Virus record (IMG/VR): IMGVR_UViG_3300033153_011833
Span: 1-63,320 of that record
Strand: one strand, 5' to 3'
DNA length: 63,320 bases
From: a virus
Lineage: Duplodnaviria > Caudoviricetes
A program made the position numbers and the translations under genes. The notes under the pieces are model-generated. The model did no database searches and was not told where the DNA came from. It saw only the letters and a list, made by a program, of their open reading frames with translations. This document shows positions 1 to 10,173 of this stretch, piece by piece (position 1 is the stretch's first letter; each line of letters starts with the position of its first letter).

Positions 1-114
1 CGGGTCATCGTGATTGTATTCCAAACCAAAACTTATTTCGCCCCAATGCTTCATTATATCTGCGGGAATATATTTATTCGTCGTGTCATAATACCAATCG
101 TAATCACCTAAATC
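1..114. repeat. Exact end-to-end overlap with 63207-63320 (circular assembly; unit genome 63,206 bp)
   Basis: cgggtcatcgtgattg...cacctaaatc is identical at both ends, and one reading frame runs through the join. Confidence 0.95.
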
Positions 115-1470
115 GAAAAGAACCTTTTCAATTGCCGAACCATTTCGTCCCCAATACTTCGAGTATAAATAATCCCATTCAGATTGAGCAGGATTATACA
201 TTGGCCGGTAACCATTTAGGTCCCATGAACTGCTGTACCACTTTTCACCATAAGTTTTTCCTTCATCAGGTGTACCTTCCAATGATGCATCTACAACGTC
301 ACGGTGTTCTTCAAGCCAATTTGTTTTATACGTCGCATCGACTTTTTTCACCCACCCCATTCTTCGGGCGTACAATTCAATGAATGGCCAAAAACAGGAA
401 GTTCCAAATTTTGTTTCTACATCGGTTGAATAAGCATTACTGTCCGGCGGCAACCAGCCAATTTTATATGTCGAACCTCCCCAGTAAACAGATTGATAAT
501 TCGTATCATTCGCAACGGCTTCACCTGCGTCTAGATACACCAAAGAACCCTGAACGGCTAACATCTTATCCCAATCCGTTAGGTGTTCTTTGGCTATCTC
601 AACTTTGTGTCCTGCGATTTTATATTCACGTCGGCCTGTTTCGTCATAAAGGAATGGCGGAGTTTGTTCTTTTGGGTCTGTATGTATCGGTAAAAATTTC
701 CACGACGGTATGGCTGTTTGATATTCTACTTCATCCACGATTCTACTGTTACAAATCCAACGATGAGCATTCACGTCATAATGACAAAAAAATTCTGTCT
801 TGTAGCTTGGGGGATTGAATGTGTACCAATCGCCCCCAAAATCACATTCAACTGTCCCGCCTAGAGTATAACTGCCCCCGTAGCCGTAATTGGATAGTAA
901 TGTTAATTGATTCTCTCCGTGAAAATCATAAAGCTCTAATAAAATATAGCCAGCCTCTGTAGTCGTATCCGCACTCTTAATTCTCCAGTACCCCTTTGCT
1001 TCGGCAGGTGCGTTTTCGCCCGTAAGCGATAATGGACATCCAGCAAGCAGATTCCCAGCGACAGATTCTGTTCCTGTAACTGCGGCATCGGCAACCCAGA
1101 CATGACTTATTCCATCACCTTTGTGATTATTAGTCATTCCAACAATGTTATATGGTCCCCAAGATTCATCAAACCAAACCGAAAAATCACCTGCACCGGC
1201 ATATGGATTACTATTATCTAAACCCGTTGTACCGTAATCAGCAAAACAAACACCGGATGTTCTAAACGGTCCGTCCGCCCAATATCCCGCTTCACTTTCT
1301 TCTCCATATGTTCCGCTTGGTTCGGCGGCATTGTCAGCGGTCGGATTTCTGTTTATCAAACCAATCCATAATCGTTTACGCAGGTCTTCCGCGAATCGAT
1401 GACAGACCTCCTTAGCCGTCTCCAGCGGATAACGATATTCTTCCCACGCCGCTACACGTTCGTTACTCAT
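1..1470 (-). CDS. 5' part of a ~1073-aa tail/baseplate or receptor-binding protein; continues at 63206..61455
   Basis: Read codon by codon from the ATG at 1470 (ATGA overlap with the 1467 stop; MSNERVAAWEEYRYPLETAKEV...), with no stop down to base 1; in frame with ORF 61455..63260; missing from the ORF track. Confidence 0.85.
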   Translation of the reverse strand, partial: MSNERVAAWEEYRYPLETAKEVCHRFAEDLRKRLWIGLINRNPTADNAAEPSGTYGEESEAGYWADGPFRTSGVCFADYGTTGLDNSNPYAGAGDFSVWFDESWGPYNIVGMTNNHKGDGISHVWVADAAVTGTESVAGNLLAGCPLSLTGENAPAEAKGYWRIKSADTTTEAGYILLELYDFHGENQLTLLSNYGYGGSYTLGGTVECDFGGDWYTFNPPSYKTEFFCHYDVNAHRWICNSRIVDEVEYQTAIPSWKFLPIHTDPKEQTPPFLYDETGRREYKIAGHKVEIAKEHLTDWDKMLAVQGSLVYLDAGEAVANDTNYQSVYWGGSTYKIGWLPPDSNAYSTDVETKFGTSCFWPFIELYARRMGWVKKVDATYKTNWLEEHRDVVDASLEGTPDEGKTYGEKWYSSSWDLNGYRPMYNPAQSEWDYLYSKYWGRNGSAIEKVLFDLGDYDWYYDTTNKYIPADIMKHWGEISFGLEYNHDDP

Positions 1471-2009
1471 TTCCAAACCGCCATCGTTCTTTGGTAGGTT
1501 TCATCAATATCAATTGACCTATCAGCAGGTTTACCGATAAACACAAACGGCATATCAATAAACCATTTTAATTCTCCCGCTGTATCATCATAATGCTGTG
1601 AAATTGGTACTATTGCCCCTACACCAAACCATGGAGAGTAGTTCCGAATATCAGTTCCATCAGTTCCATGTCCTTCGTAACCTAGTGCTCTGCCGATAAT
1701 AATATCTGTCCCGTCTTTCGTTCCAGATTCGTCAATCTTTTGGACCGTGTATTCATCAATCTCATCGTGAGTTAGGGTCGCTGTCACTTCCGCAAAAAAC
1801 ACAGAACTACCTTTATTTTCATATCGAGGTATTCTAGCAGCAACCGCATCCATGTTTAACTGGATTGTAATTCCTTGCTCGGTCCTATTAGCCTTAATAA
1901 AAGAGTCCCCAATTAGTCGATTGGTATTGTTTACAACCTGTACAATTTCATTCATCTTAAAAACAAGTTCTCGATTTCCTGAAGTAAAATGTCTTAATGG
2001 CAATATCAT
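1467..2009 (-). CDS. Putative tail-tip protein
   Basis: 180-aa ORF in the tail operon downstream of the tape measure; position only. Confidence 0.5.
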   Translation of the reverse strand: MILPLRHFTSGNRELVFKMNEIVQVVNNTNRLIGDSFIKANRTEQGITIQLNMDAVAARIPRYENKGSSVFFAEVTATLTHDEIDEYTVQKIDESGTKDGTDIIIGRALGYEGHGTDGTDIRNYSPWFGVGAIVPISQHYDDTAGELKWFIDMPFVFIGKPADRSIDIDETYQRTMAVWK

Positions 2010-2032
2010 ATGTCTTTTATCCTATATCCAAT

Positions 2033-2821
2033 TTAAGAAGGAAATGAAAACAGTAAATTGAAATCTGCTTCAGCATATACGGCATACGTTTTTTGAGCGT
2101 TAGGATAGTTTTCTATATCTGCAGGAGGAAGACCATCAGCATTATCCTTAAAAATAACATCCACATCCCACGTTTCTTCTTTATATTGGAATGTATAAAC
2201 ATTGTCCCAATACCCACCACTCAAATCACTAACTCCGGTAATGCCAGTACAAAGCCAGGTATATGGTTCTCCTCCCCGCCAACGAACACTATTAACTTTG
2301 TTTTCATAAATAGCAGCGGGGACGGCAGGGTCAACTGATTCCCTTACTCTAAAAGACACAGTTCTTTCAGATTTCTGTATGGTAACCAATCCACTTTGTG
2401 TGACAGTTTTACCTGCCAAATTGGAATCAAAATGGTCATCTGGATATGTGTATTCTACAGACATAATAGACCCGTCCACCGCTTTGTTTGTTTCTACTTG
2501 ATTTAGAGTACTGCCCGAATCTATTTGCATATTTTGACGGGGATTTTCCCTATAGATGCATCGGATTTGAAATTTATCATTGTCAGAAGCCTGGCCACCC
2601 ATTGGACTACATTCTATGCTTCTAAGCCAAGCACCAGGAGCAAAATCACCTACGGACTCCCCGATGCGATGTCCTGTAAACATAATGGCATCATACATCC
2701 TTTGAGCAGCAGTGCCATTGGTAAATCCTTCGACATAATGAGTAATCACAAACTCCCAGCCTTCTGCAGTTAGTTTGGAACTCATACCGCCCTGAACAAT
2801 ATCTTGTAAGTATTTTGGCAT
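2033..2821 (-). CDS. Putative distal tail/hub protein
   Basis: 262 aa, immediately downstream of the tape measure gene; position-based. Confidence 0.5.
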   Translation of the reverse strand: MPKYLQDIVQGGMSSKLTAEGWEFVITHYVEGFTNGTAAQRMYDAIMFTGHRIGESVGDFAPGAWLRSIECSPMGGQASDNDKFQIRCIYRENPRQNMQIDSGSTLNQVETNKAVDGSIMSVEYTYPDDHFDSNLAGKTVTQSGLVTIQKSERTVSFRVRESVDPAVPAAIYENKVNSVRWRGGEPYTWLCTGITGVSDLSGGYWDNVYTFQYKEETWDVDVIFKDNADGLPPADIENYPNAQKTYAVYAEADFNLLFSFPS

Positions 2822-4869
2822 TAGAATATCCCCGTTTCTTTTCGCAATATCCCAGATAATAATTGATTACTTATATGCCCTTGTTCTATCAATGAATTTA
2901 ATTGGGTGTCAAAATTTCCCACTTCCCGTAAACCACCCCCCAATCCCATTCCTTCACCTTCTTCCATAATACTATTTATTCCAACAGGTTGAGGAATCCC
3001 TCCCTGCCAACGACCTCTCAAAGCAGTATAGTTAATAAGTTCTGTTCCTACTTGGAATAAACCAGCCTTTGTTAATCTACCAATTTCCTTTATATCCTCT
3101 ATTACTTTATCTAAATTCGATACCATATTATCGGCTGCATCAGCCCCTTCCGTAAGCATATTAACAACAGGCTCACTTGTCTCACGTGCCAAATCTTTAA
3201 TTTTTAAGGCTTTAAGAGCTCGTGCAACAACCTTTTTCATATGAGGACTGCTTTCCGATATTTCTTCTAAAGCGTCGGTATAATATCCTTTGATGTTTTC
3301 TCCCATGCCACTAAAAACGTCCTCCATAACCTTCTTTTTTTGGATATCTCTAACAATAGCCGATACCCCAGCCGTAATTTCGTCGGTCTTATAAAACCGT
3401 CTGTAAGTACCTAAAATTTCGGTTCCTGTAGATGTTTTTGATGTCCAAAAGTTTTTTCTTTGTATCCTGCCTATTGTTTTCTCATATTGTCTTTCAGCCT
3501 GGTCCCAAATATCCCTTGAAGCACCTCCCGTAATACCCAATTGAATACCCAGCCAAATGCCTTTACCTGAGCGTATGGCTACTTCAACCATACTTCTTCC
3601 AGCAGCTTCAATCAATGCAACCATGCTGTTCATTAAAGTCTTTATGCCAGATGGAAAATCTCGTTGTAATTCTTGTAAAAGTCCAAAAACAACCTCACCA
3701 ACAAATACAAGTCTATCAGCAAAATAAACAGCCCAATTTCTAATAACCTTTTCATTACTAGAAAACCATTTACCAATTTTTACAAGGCTTGGGGCTAAAC
3801 GTTCACCAATTGCTATACCAATACTCTTTATATTCCCCCAAAGAATTTTCATTTGGGACGAAAAAGATTTTAGATTTTTTTCAGCCAACTCTTTTGCGGT
3901 CCCGTTCATTTGTGATAATTTCTTTTCAAATTCTTCTACGGTATCCCCCATGCCCAACAAAGGAAAAATCGCTTGTTGGGAACGAGCTTGAAATCCTAAC
4001 ATATCTAAAGTAGCTGCCCTTGTCATCACCCCCATACCACTTAATGCCTTTGTAAGGTCTCGACCTATATCAGAAAAGGACCTCATTTTATCATTAGCAT
4101 CTACTAAAGAAATACCAAGTTTATCCCATTCATCACGATGAGATAGCATGGCTTTAACTGATAATCGAATCATTCTTGAAAACAGTTCACCCCCAACAGC
4201 ACCCTTTTTGCCTTGTTTTGCATAGGCCGCTAAAGCAGATACACCCCCTTCTATAGATATTCCATATTGTCTCATAATGGGACCAGATATTTGTAAGGCC
4301 TCTGCAAATTCTTGAGTAGTTGCATTTGCTAAGGTATTAGCCCCAACCAATATATCTGTAACCTTAGTCATATTTTTTAGATGTTCCGCTACATTAGAGG
4401 ATTCCAAACCTAAAGCACTTTGAGCGTCCGCAACCAATTCTGTGGCAGTAGCCAAATCAAAACTGCCTGCTTCTGCAAATGTATTAACAATCCTCAAAGC
4501 TTTTATAGAAGTAGCAGCATCCAAACCAGCAGAAGCCAGATAAAAATAACCTTTTGCCAAATCTGTAGCCGAAGTCGTACTTTTCCGAGACATCTCCAAA
4601 GCGGTTTCTGTCATCTGTTTTCGCATATCTTCATTCATATCAGTAAAAAGAGCCAATGATTTTGTCATGGCATCATCAAAGGAAGAATATGCCTTTACAG
4701 AGGTTGCAGCCATTGCAGTTACCGCAATAGACCCTCTCAAAGCCATTCTTTTCATATAACGAGTAATCGAACCCATTCGACGTTGAACAGCCGTCATGCC
4801 TCTCATATAATGAGCGACATCTGCTCTTAAGTGAACGATTAATGTTCCTATATCCATTTTTGCCGACAT
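2821..4869 (-). CDS. Tail tape measure protein (TP901-like core)
   Basis: IGTLIVHLRAD N-terminus, FDDAM...LAKGYFYLASAGLDA motifs, Ala-rich helical; follows the chaperone pair. Confidence 0.9.
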   Translation of the reverse strand: MSAKMDIGTLIVHLRADVAHYMRGMTAVQRRMGSITRYMKRMALRGSIAVTAMAATSVKAYSSFDDAMTKSLALFTDMNEDMRKQMTETALEMSRKSTTSATDLAKGYFYLASAGLDAATSIKALRIVNTFAEAGSFDLATATELVADAQSALGLESSNVAEHLKNMTKVTDILVGANTLANATTQEFAEALQISGPIMRQYGISIEGGVSALAAYAKQGKKGAVGGELFSRMIRLSVKAMLSHRDEWDKLGISLVDANDKMRSFSDIGRDLTKALSGMGVMTRAATLDMLGFQARSQQAIFPLLGMGDTVEEFEKKLSQMNGTAKELAEKNLKSFSSQMKILWGNIKSIGIAIGERLAPSLVKIGKWFSSNEKVIRNWAVYFADRLVFVGEVVFGLLQELQRDFPSGIKTLMNSMVALIEAAGRSMVEVAIRSGKGIWLGIQLGITGGASRDIWDQAERQYEKTIGRIQRKNFWTSKTSTGTEILGTYRRFYKTDEITAGVSAIVRDIQKKKVMEDVFSGMGENIKGYYTDALEEISESSPHMKKVVARALKALKIKDLARETSEPVVNMLTEGADAADNMVSNLDKVIEDIKEIGRLTKAGLFQVGTELINYTALRGRWQGGIPQPVGINSIMEEGEGMGLGGGLREVGNFDTQLNSLIEQGHISNQLLSGILRKETGIF

Positions 4870-4870
4870 A

Positions 4871-5200
4871 TTACTTCATCCTAAAAACAGATTTCCAAAA
4901 AGATTTATCTCGTTTGGTTTGTTCTTCTTTATTTAATTTCTTTTTGGAGCAGGTTTTATCTTCAAACTTTAACAAAAAATCTTTCAAACGAACCTTAGCA
5001 GGATGCTTTACTCCATTTCGTCGAATCTCTGCTGCTATTTGAGCATAATAAAAATGTTCGACTTTCGTTTTATGCATATCAAGTTCAAGATACTTCTTCC
5101 ACATTAAAAATTCAGTAGAAGTCGTTTCTTGCATCAACCTTTGTAGGGGAATACCTAATTTAACCGCTAATTCTAACCAAATTAAGGTTTCCCCTGTCAT
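4871..5200 (-). CDS. Tail assembly chaperone, gpT-like (-1 frameshift extension)
   Basis: Lies in the -1 frame of the upstream ORF, just past slippery A AAA AAC; WLELAVKLG...STEFLMW pattern. Confidence 0.75.
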   Translation of the reverse strand: MTGETLIWLELAVKLGIPLQRLMQETTSTEFLMWKKYLELDMHKTKVEHFYYAQIAAEIRRNGVKHPAKVRLKDFLLKFEDKTCSKKKLNKEEQTKRDKSFWKSVFRMK

Positions 5201-5553
5201 CCGTTTTTTACTTCTTCCTCACTTATCCTATCCAATCCGCTTAATTTTTGAGATTCTTCAAAAAGTTTTGAAACAACCGTCGCAGGGTACGATTGAACAA
5301 TATCTATTGGAACAAGATTATTCTTTTCATCATATAAAGATTTTGATACCAAACTGGCCTGCAATCCATTAAAATCTTTGATATCAATATCTTCCGAACT
5401 ATCATTTATATTTACCCTCTTGCTCATACCTGTTAAAAAATCGTCTCTTTGTTGTCCAGTCAATTCCTTTAATTTGTAAACAACTTCTTCCCCAGATTCC
5501 AACGTCATTCGTATAGGAATCTCTTTCAACTTAATAGTAAAACTCAATTCCAT
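5197..5553 (-). CDS. Tail assembly chaperone, gpG-like
   Basis: Between tail tube and tape measure; ends EEVKNG with the slippery heptamer at 5209-5203. Confidence 0.8.
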   Translation of the reverse strand: MELSFTIKLKEIPIRMTLESGEEVVYKLKELTGQQRDDFLTGMSKRVNINDSSEDIDIKDFNGLQASLVSKSLYDEKNNLVPIDIVQSYPATVVSKLFEESQKLSGLDRISEEEVKNG

Positions 5554-5606
5554 AATCTTATCCTTTCCAAAATAAAGTTTACTTTATTATACTATCATCA
5601 TCGTTT

Positions 5607-6044
5607 TTATGCCGAGAAAGTCGGGCCACTAGTATCCTCATCGCCAGAACCATTCAGCATCGAAGGTTGAATTGTGCAATCAGCAAGACCCATCTCGCCT
5701 TCAGTTAGTCCTTGAGGAGTAAATTCATCTAACCAGCCATAAAATACCAAGGTTGAATCATCAGGAAAAGTTACAGTAATTTGTTGATTTACATTTATCA
5801 TAGCCACAATATCATCATAAACTGCCGGGTCATATCTGGCTACAAACGAAGCAGGCGAAAGAGTCTTCAACGATTTGGGAGAAAAGGTTCGCCAAGTCGT
5901 ATTATCCATAGTGGTGATATCTATCGCCCCTCCACCAGATACACCCGGAGGGGTTACCTCCGTTTCATGCATTAACAGCATTGCTCCACTACCTGCCGAA
6001 GCAAAAGAAATTTGCGTCGAGAACCCATCTTTTATGTCACTCAT
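5607..6044 (-). CDS. Major tail tube protein
   Basis: IDITTMD...KSLKTL...ITVTFPD...FYG pattern; position before the chaperones. Confidence 0.8.
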   Translation of the reverse strand: MSDIKDGFSTQISFASAGSGAMLLMHETEVTPPGVSGGGAIDITTMDNTTWRTFSPKSLKTLSPASFVARYDPAVYDDIVAMINVNQQITVTFPDDSTLVFYGWLDEFTPQGLTEGEMGLADCTIQPSMLNGSGDEDTSGPTFSA

Positions 6045-6067
6045 TATTCTACCCTTTCAAAAAATAA

Positions 6068-6610
6068 TTAAACTACCTTCTGCAAAGCTAAAAGAAAATT
6101 AGCAACAAACAATCGCCTTCCTTGTGTACCCCGCTCTACTCCCAAAGAAACAGGCGGTCCACTTCTCATTACATTACATATTTTATATTCAACATCGCTT
6201 ACCGTAATAATCTCATTTCTAACAGTATCCAAAGCTTTTACAATCTCTTCAACTTTAGCCCATCCTTCATTATATTCACCACTTCTTATTCTTAATTGTA
6301 CTCCATGATATTCCACAACCTCCCCTTCCATCAAACGACCTTCTTTTATTCCAGAAGTATCATATAAAGTCCCACAATTAGTTTGAATGTTTTTACCGTC
6401 TGGCATATACGAAACATATAAGGGCCAAATAGCACCTAATGAACTATCAGGGTCATTCATATCCCCGACACCTTCTTGGATAATATACGATGCCAAAATA
6501 TAAGCAGGAGTAACTTCTAAAACTCCTCCGGCTGTCAGCACCCGAGAAAAATCAAAAACCCCTCCCGTTATTCCTGAAATTATTCCACCACCATGTAAGC
6601 TATAACTCAT
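6068..6610 (-). CDS. Tail terminator / minor capsid-family protein
   Basis: YDTSG...GVQLRIRS..Y..GW...RRLFVANF; immediately upstream of the tail tube. Confidence 0.7.
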   Translation of the reverse strand: MSYSLHGGGIISGITGGVFDFSRVLTAGGVLEVTPAYILASYIIQEGVGDMNDPDSSLGAIWPLYVSYMPDGKNIQTNCGTLYDTSGIKEGRLMEGEVVEYHGVQLRIRSGEYNEGWAKVEEIVKALDTVRNEIITVSDVEYKICNVMRSGPPVSLGVERGTQGRRLFVANFLLALQKVV

Positions 6611-6621
6611 ATCTTCACTTC

Positions 6622-8520
6622 TTAAATTTTTACAGTTATATCTCGATAGTTTGAACCGGCATCTGGAGAATGGGTTAATGATTGTTCCAAGATAACAGTC
6701 GTTCCATCATCAGGGTCAAGTAATTCTTGTTTTGTTGTATCAGTTTCCTTTAATCTCCAATTGCCAGCTATCCATGCTGTGATTATTTTTACAACCTTAT
6801 CAAATTGCCATGTGCCCCCTTCTGTTATTCCAGTCATCTCTTTCATAGCATCTGTAATTTGACCAATATCATATCTGGCATCTTCTTCAAGTGTTCCCAA
6901 AAATCCATCAGTAGTTTCATCCTCGATGGTGAAATTGCCTGTTACTTTGATTGTTCCGCCAATACATGTTTCATCAATAACAAGTTTCCCCATACCCACA
7001 ATAGTAATTATATCCACCCCGTTCTGTCCTAAATTTTTTATTCTAATTCCCCCAAACCAACCTCTCAAAGCGACATGGGAATTTCCGACAGCGGCAAAAT
7101 CAATAATAGGCGGGGTTACGCCATTGGTATTATTATAACACTCCTCTAAAATATAATCGGTAGCCGCACCGAGCGTGAACGTCCCGAAAAGACCGCATCC
7201 TACCAAATGTGCTGTGCCTAAAGTTACATTCCCCACACGACAATTCCTCAAATGCACCTCAGCCGTTTCCGCAGGAGAAATACCCGATACCGTTGCTCCT
7301 TCAATATGGGCATCCGATGAATCTTCACCGGAAAAATCCAATGTCCAATCATGTCCCAAAAGAGTATAATTTGTTATCGCATTTGTAAGTTCAATGGACG
7401 AACCATTAAATATCGAGAATCTTCTCAATCCAAGAGAACTTGATATTGAAAGTGCATCCGCCCATGTATTCACAGGATTGTCAGCAGTTCCGTTAATGAA
7501 GGCCGTTGTACCAGCCTTTCCGTTTATGGTATCAACCCAAATAGAGCCATCCGAATATCCAACACTTCTATGCACAACCGCATACGAAAGGAAAAGTTGG
7601 TCCACATATAAGTTAGCATTCGATAAGTCCGTACCATAAAAACGAATCCGCACAGAACCCGAATCGTTACCGGTACCCACATGGCTTGTGAATAAATTAA
7701 ATACATGTTCACTATCTACAGATTGATTTATGCCTGAAAGAATCCCAACCTGGTCCCATCCGGGTGTCTCCCAATTATATGCCTGCACAGCTAGCGAATC
7801 ATTATTCCCGGTCAGCCTGCCAGTAAGTGTTACAGAAACAGGAACGGCATCAGAGGCAATTGTAAATCCATACTCTATATCCATATCAGAAGAATCATCT
7901 GCTATCTGATGATAAGTTTCATCAAGGGCCACCGTATTTGCCAACGTACCGGAGACAACCGTACCTTTGGTAGGTGGTGTCTGGAAACTGTCTGCTGAAA
8001 CATTTATCGCAGAACCTGTTGATACTATATTATTCACCCTGTATGCTATCATTTCTAATGAATCTGTAGCAGAACTAAAATCCGCCCCTCCATTATTATC
8101 CGCAAACTTTTTCAAATTATCCGCGATAGTCGCACCGCCACTATCTATATCAGCCGGAGTTCCTATTACTGCAAGTGTTTGATTTTCTTCAGAAAATACA
8201 GTACCATTCCAGTATCCCTTTACTGCTCCAACAACTAAATCGGCATATTCGGCTTCATCACCAGCTCGTTTACGAATCTGATAAATATAAAACCCATCAT
8301 CAACTTCAACGGGAAAACTGCCGCTCCATAAATAACCGGTGGGGGTTGCTGCGGATATATCACAATCATCTAATGATTCGCCATCTTCTGGGTGAGCAAT
8401 CCATGCTCCATTTATGATATCTCTAATTTGTCCAGCAGGGTTTCGTAGGCAACCATATAACACATCATTATCGTTATCGTGCTGATGTTGAACGACATTT
8501 GTAACGAAAGTATCGGCCAT
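6622..8520 (-). CDS. Virion structural/fibre protein with beta-helix-like region
   Basis: 632 aa, acidic and Gly/Thr-rich, with a NGTADNPVNTWADA motif; inserted among the neck genes. Confidence 0.55.
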   Translation of the reverse strand: MADTFVTNVVQHQHDNDNDVLYGCLRNPAGQIRDIINGAWIAHPEDGESLDDCDISAATPTGYLWSGSFPVEVDDGFYIYQIRKRAGDEAEYADLVVGAVKGYWNGTVFSEENQTLAVIGTPADIDSGGATIADNLKKFADNNGGADFSSATDSLEMIAYRVNNIVSTGSAINVSADSFQTPPTKGTVVSGTLANTVALDETYHQIADDSSDMDIEYGFTIASDAVPVSVTLTGRLTGNNDSLAVQAYNWETPGWDQVGILSGINQSVDSEHVFNLFTSHVGTGNDSGSVRIRFYGTDLSNANLYVDQLFLSYAVVHRSVGYSDGSIWVDTINGKAGTTAFINGTADNPVNTWADALSISSSLGLRRFSIFNGSSIELTNAITNYTLLGHDWTLDFSGEDSSDAHIEGATVSGISPAETAEVHLRNCRVGNVTLGTAHLVGCGLFGTFTLGAATDYILEECYNNTNGVTPPIIDFAAVGNSHVALRGWFGGIRIKNLGQNGVDIITIVGMGKLVIDETCIGGTIKVTGNFTIEDETTDGFLGTLEEDARYDIGQITDAMKEMTGITEGGTWQFDKVVKIITAWIAGNWRLKETDTTKQELLDPDDGTTVILEQSLTHSPDAGSNYRDITVKI

Positions 8521-8532
8521 CTTATTCCCCTC

Positions 8533-9804
8533 TTATTCCCAATTTCCGCTTATAATATCTAAGGGAGTACGGGCAACTAATGTTCCAGCATCTATATAGT
8601 TACGAGCCGTATCGACAACACCCTTAAAATAATTATATGTTATATCTGAATCACCTTGACCATCACATTGATGAAAAATAAACATTGCTATACCACGGTC
8701 CTCTACTGCATTATCTATTACATCTTCATGGGTAGATACTCCTGGGCCAGCATTAAATGGTAAATGTTGCAAATCATAAAATGTAAGCGGAAATCCTGTT
8801 CCATTTGTATGTCCTGTAAGACAATCAAGCCACCCCCCTAATAACAATTGTCTATCATCTTGATTATAGCCACTGCCAGGAGTAGAAACAATTCGCATTC
8901 CGCTGGCGAATCCTAAATCACCAAAATACTTTTGAGAAACTATAAGAGCATCTTTCTTTTGTTGTAATGTTTTGTTCACCCAATATATGCCATCATGTGC
9001 TGGGTAACTTGCTATTAGATGTCCTGCTGATTTTAACTGATATAAATCGGCAAAGGTCATTTTGCCTTCTTGTTCCTGTGTTCCCTTACTTGTAAAAAAC
9101 GTTCCTACCATTCCATTTGCATTCAGATACATTGCCGCTCTTTTTTGCGTATCATACGTGCCATCAAACCCAAACACTACAATACCAGGTGTCGTAGGTT
9201 GTTCATAAAACATAAGACGACCAAAAGTAACAGCAGGTGTATTATCTTGAGAATCCCTATCTATTACGAGTGTAAAATAATCAATATCAGTCAAATCTAC
9301 TGAACCCTTGCCTGATTCTAGAGGAATACTAAAACTATTCCATCCGGCAATAATACCTCCATTACCTGCTCCACCACAACCAACCGCAAATTTATATGTA
9401 GCCGTTACAGAGTTAGAATCTTTTAACGTGATATACATATTCTCAATATGGATATATGAAGAAATACCTGTACCCTCATGAATATATACATCTATTACAA
9501 GGTGACAACCTGATACGTCTTTCCCTCCAACTCCCCCATAATACTTAAACATGCTACAATCAGTACCGCCACCAACAGTGCAAGTAAAAAGTGTGCCAGC
9601 TACGGTAGTGCCGTCCGTAGCCATATAATAATCGGTATCTGATTCTAATGTTGGGGAGGCTGCATTAGAATTCCAATGCGGATGTCCTGTAAATACAGTA
9701 TCCGAGAAATCTTCTATATGTCTTACCACACCGATACGACTTAATCGGGGAGATGGAATACATCCTCTAGTAGCTAATGAATCTGTTACTGGTACTGATA
9801 ACAT
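8533..9804 (-). CDS. Polysaccharide deacetylase (NodB/CE4)-like protein with N-terminal beta-sandwich region
   Basis: VVFGFDG, GMVGTFF, L..L...GHLIAS and FIFHQ motifs; catalytic motifs degenerate. Confidence 0.6.
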   Translation of the reverse strand: MLSVPVTDSLATRGCIPSPRLSRIGVVRHIEDFSDTVFTGHPHWNSNAASPTLESDTDYYMATDGTTVAGTLFTCTVGGGTDCSMFKYYGGVGGKDVSGCHLVIDVYIHEGTGISSYIHIENMYITLKDSNSVTATYKFAVGCGGAGNGGIIAGWNSFSIPLESGKGSVDLTDIDYFTLVIDRDSQDNTPAVTFGRLMFYEQPTTPGIVVFGFDGTYDTQKRAAMYLNANGMVGTFFTSKGTQEQEGKMTFADLYQLKSAGHLIASYPAHDGIYWVNKTLQQKKDALIVSQKYFGDLGFASGMRIVSTPGSGYNQDDRQLLLGGWLDCLTGHTNGTGFPLTFYDLQHLPFNAGPGVSTHEDVIDNAVEDRGIAMFIFHQCDGQGDSDITYNYFKGVVDTARNYIDAGTLVARTPLDIISGNWE

Positions 9805-9819
9805 AATACACCCACTTAT

Positions 9820-10173
9820 TTATCCTTTTTTAACAATCTTGACAATTTCGTTCTTTTTCTCTCTCACAACGGACTCTAAATACTTCGCCCTTTTCCCTGA
9901 TTTGTGTCGAGCATTCAAATCCTCATGAACATAAACTGCATAATCAGCCACATACCCTACTATTACATCAGTATTAAATCCATATCCTTTATGCCGAGTA
10001 AAAGCTCCACCTTTAAGGTTACCCGTATCAATCGGAACAATTTCTTGACTTTCTCGCTGAATAAACAAACCACCCTTTTTTAATCCTCGCTCAACCTGGG
10101 AGGCGATGCGATTTTTAGACAATTTCAAATTACGAAGTACCTTCGGCATTCCAGTTATAGCCACCATTTTCAT
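9820..10173 (-). CDS. HK97 gp10-like tail completion/neck protein
   Basis: SQEIVPIDTGNLK, YAVYVHE and AKYLE motifs; start placed at the ATGA overlap (10173). Confidence 0.8.
   Translation of the reverse strand: MKMVAITGMPKVLRNLKLSKNRIASQVERGLKKGGLFIQRESQEIVPIDTGNLKGGAFTRHKGYGFNTDVIVGYVADYAVYVHEDLNARHKSGKRAKYLESVVREKKNEIVKIVKKG

Noticed and set aside
1-114. Biological direct terminal repeat
   Set aside because: It lies in the middle of a coding sequence, so it is best explained as an assembler overlap.
132-818. Plus-strand ORFs 132..383 and 384..818
   Set aside because: They are antisense to the long open minus-strand tail gene and show no recognisable motifs.
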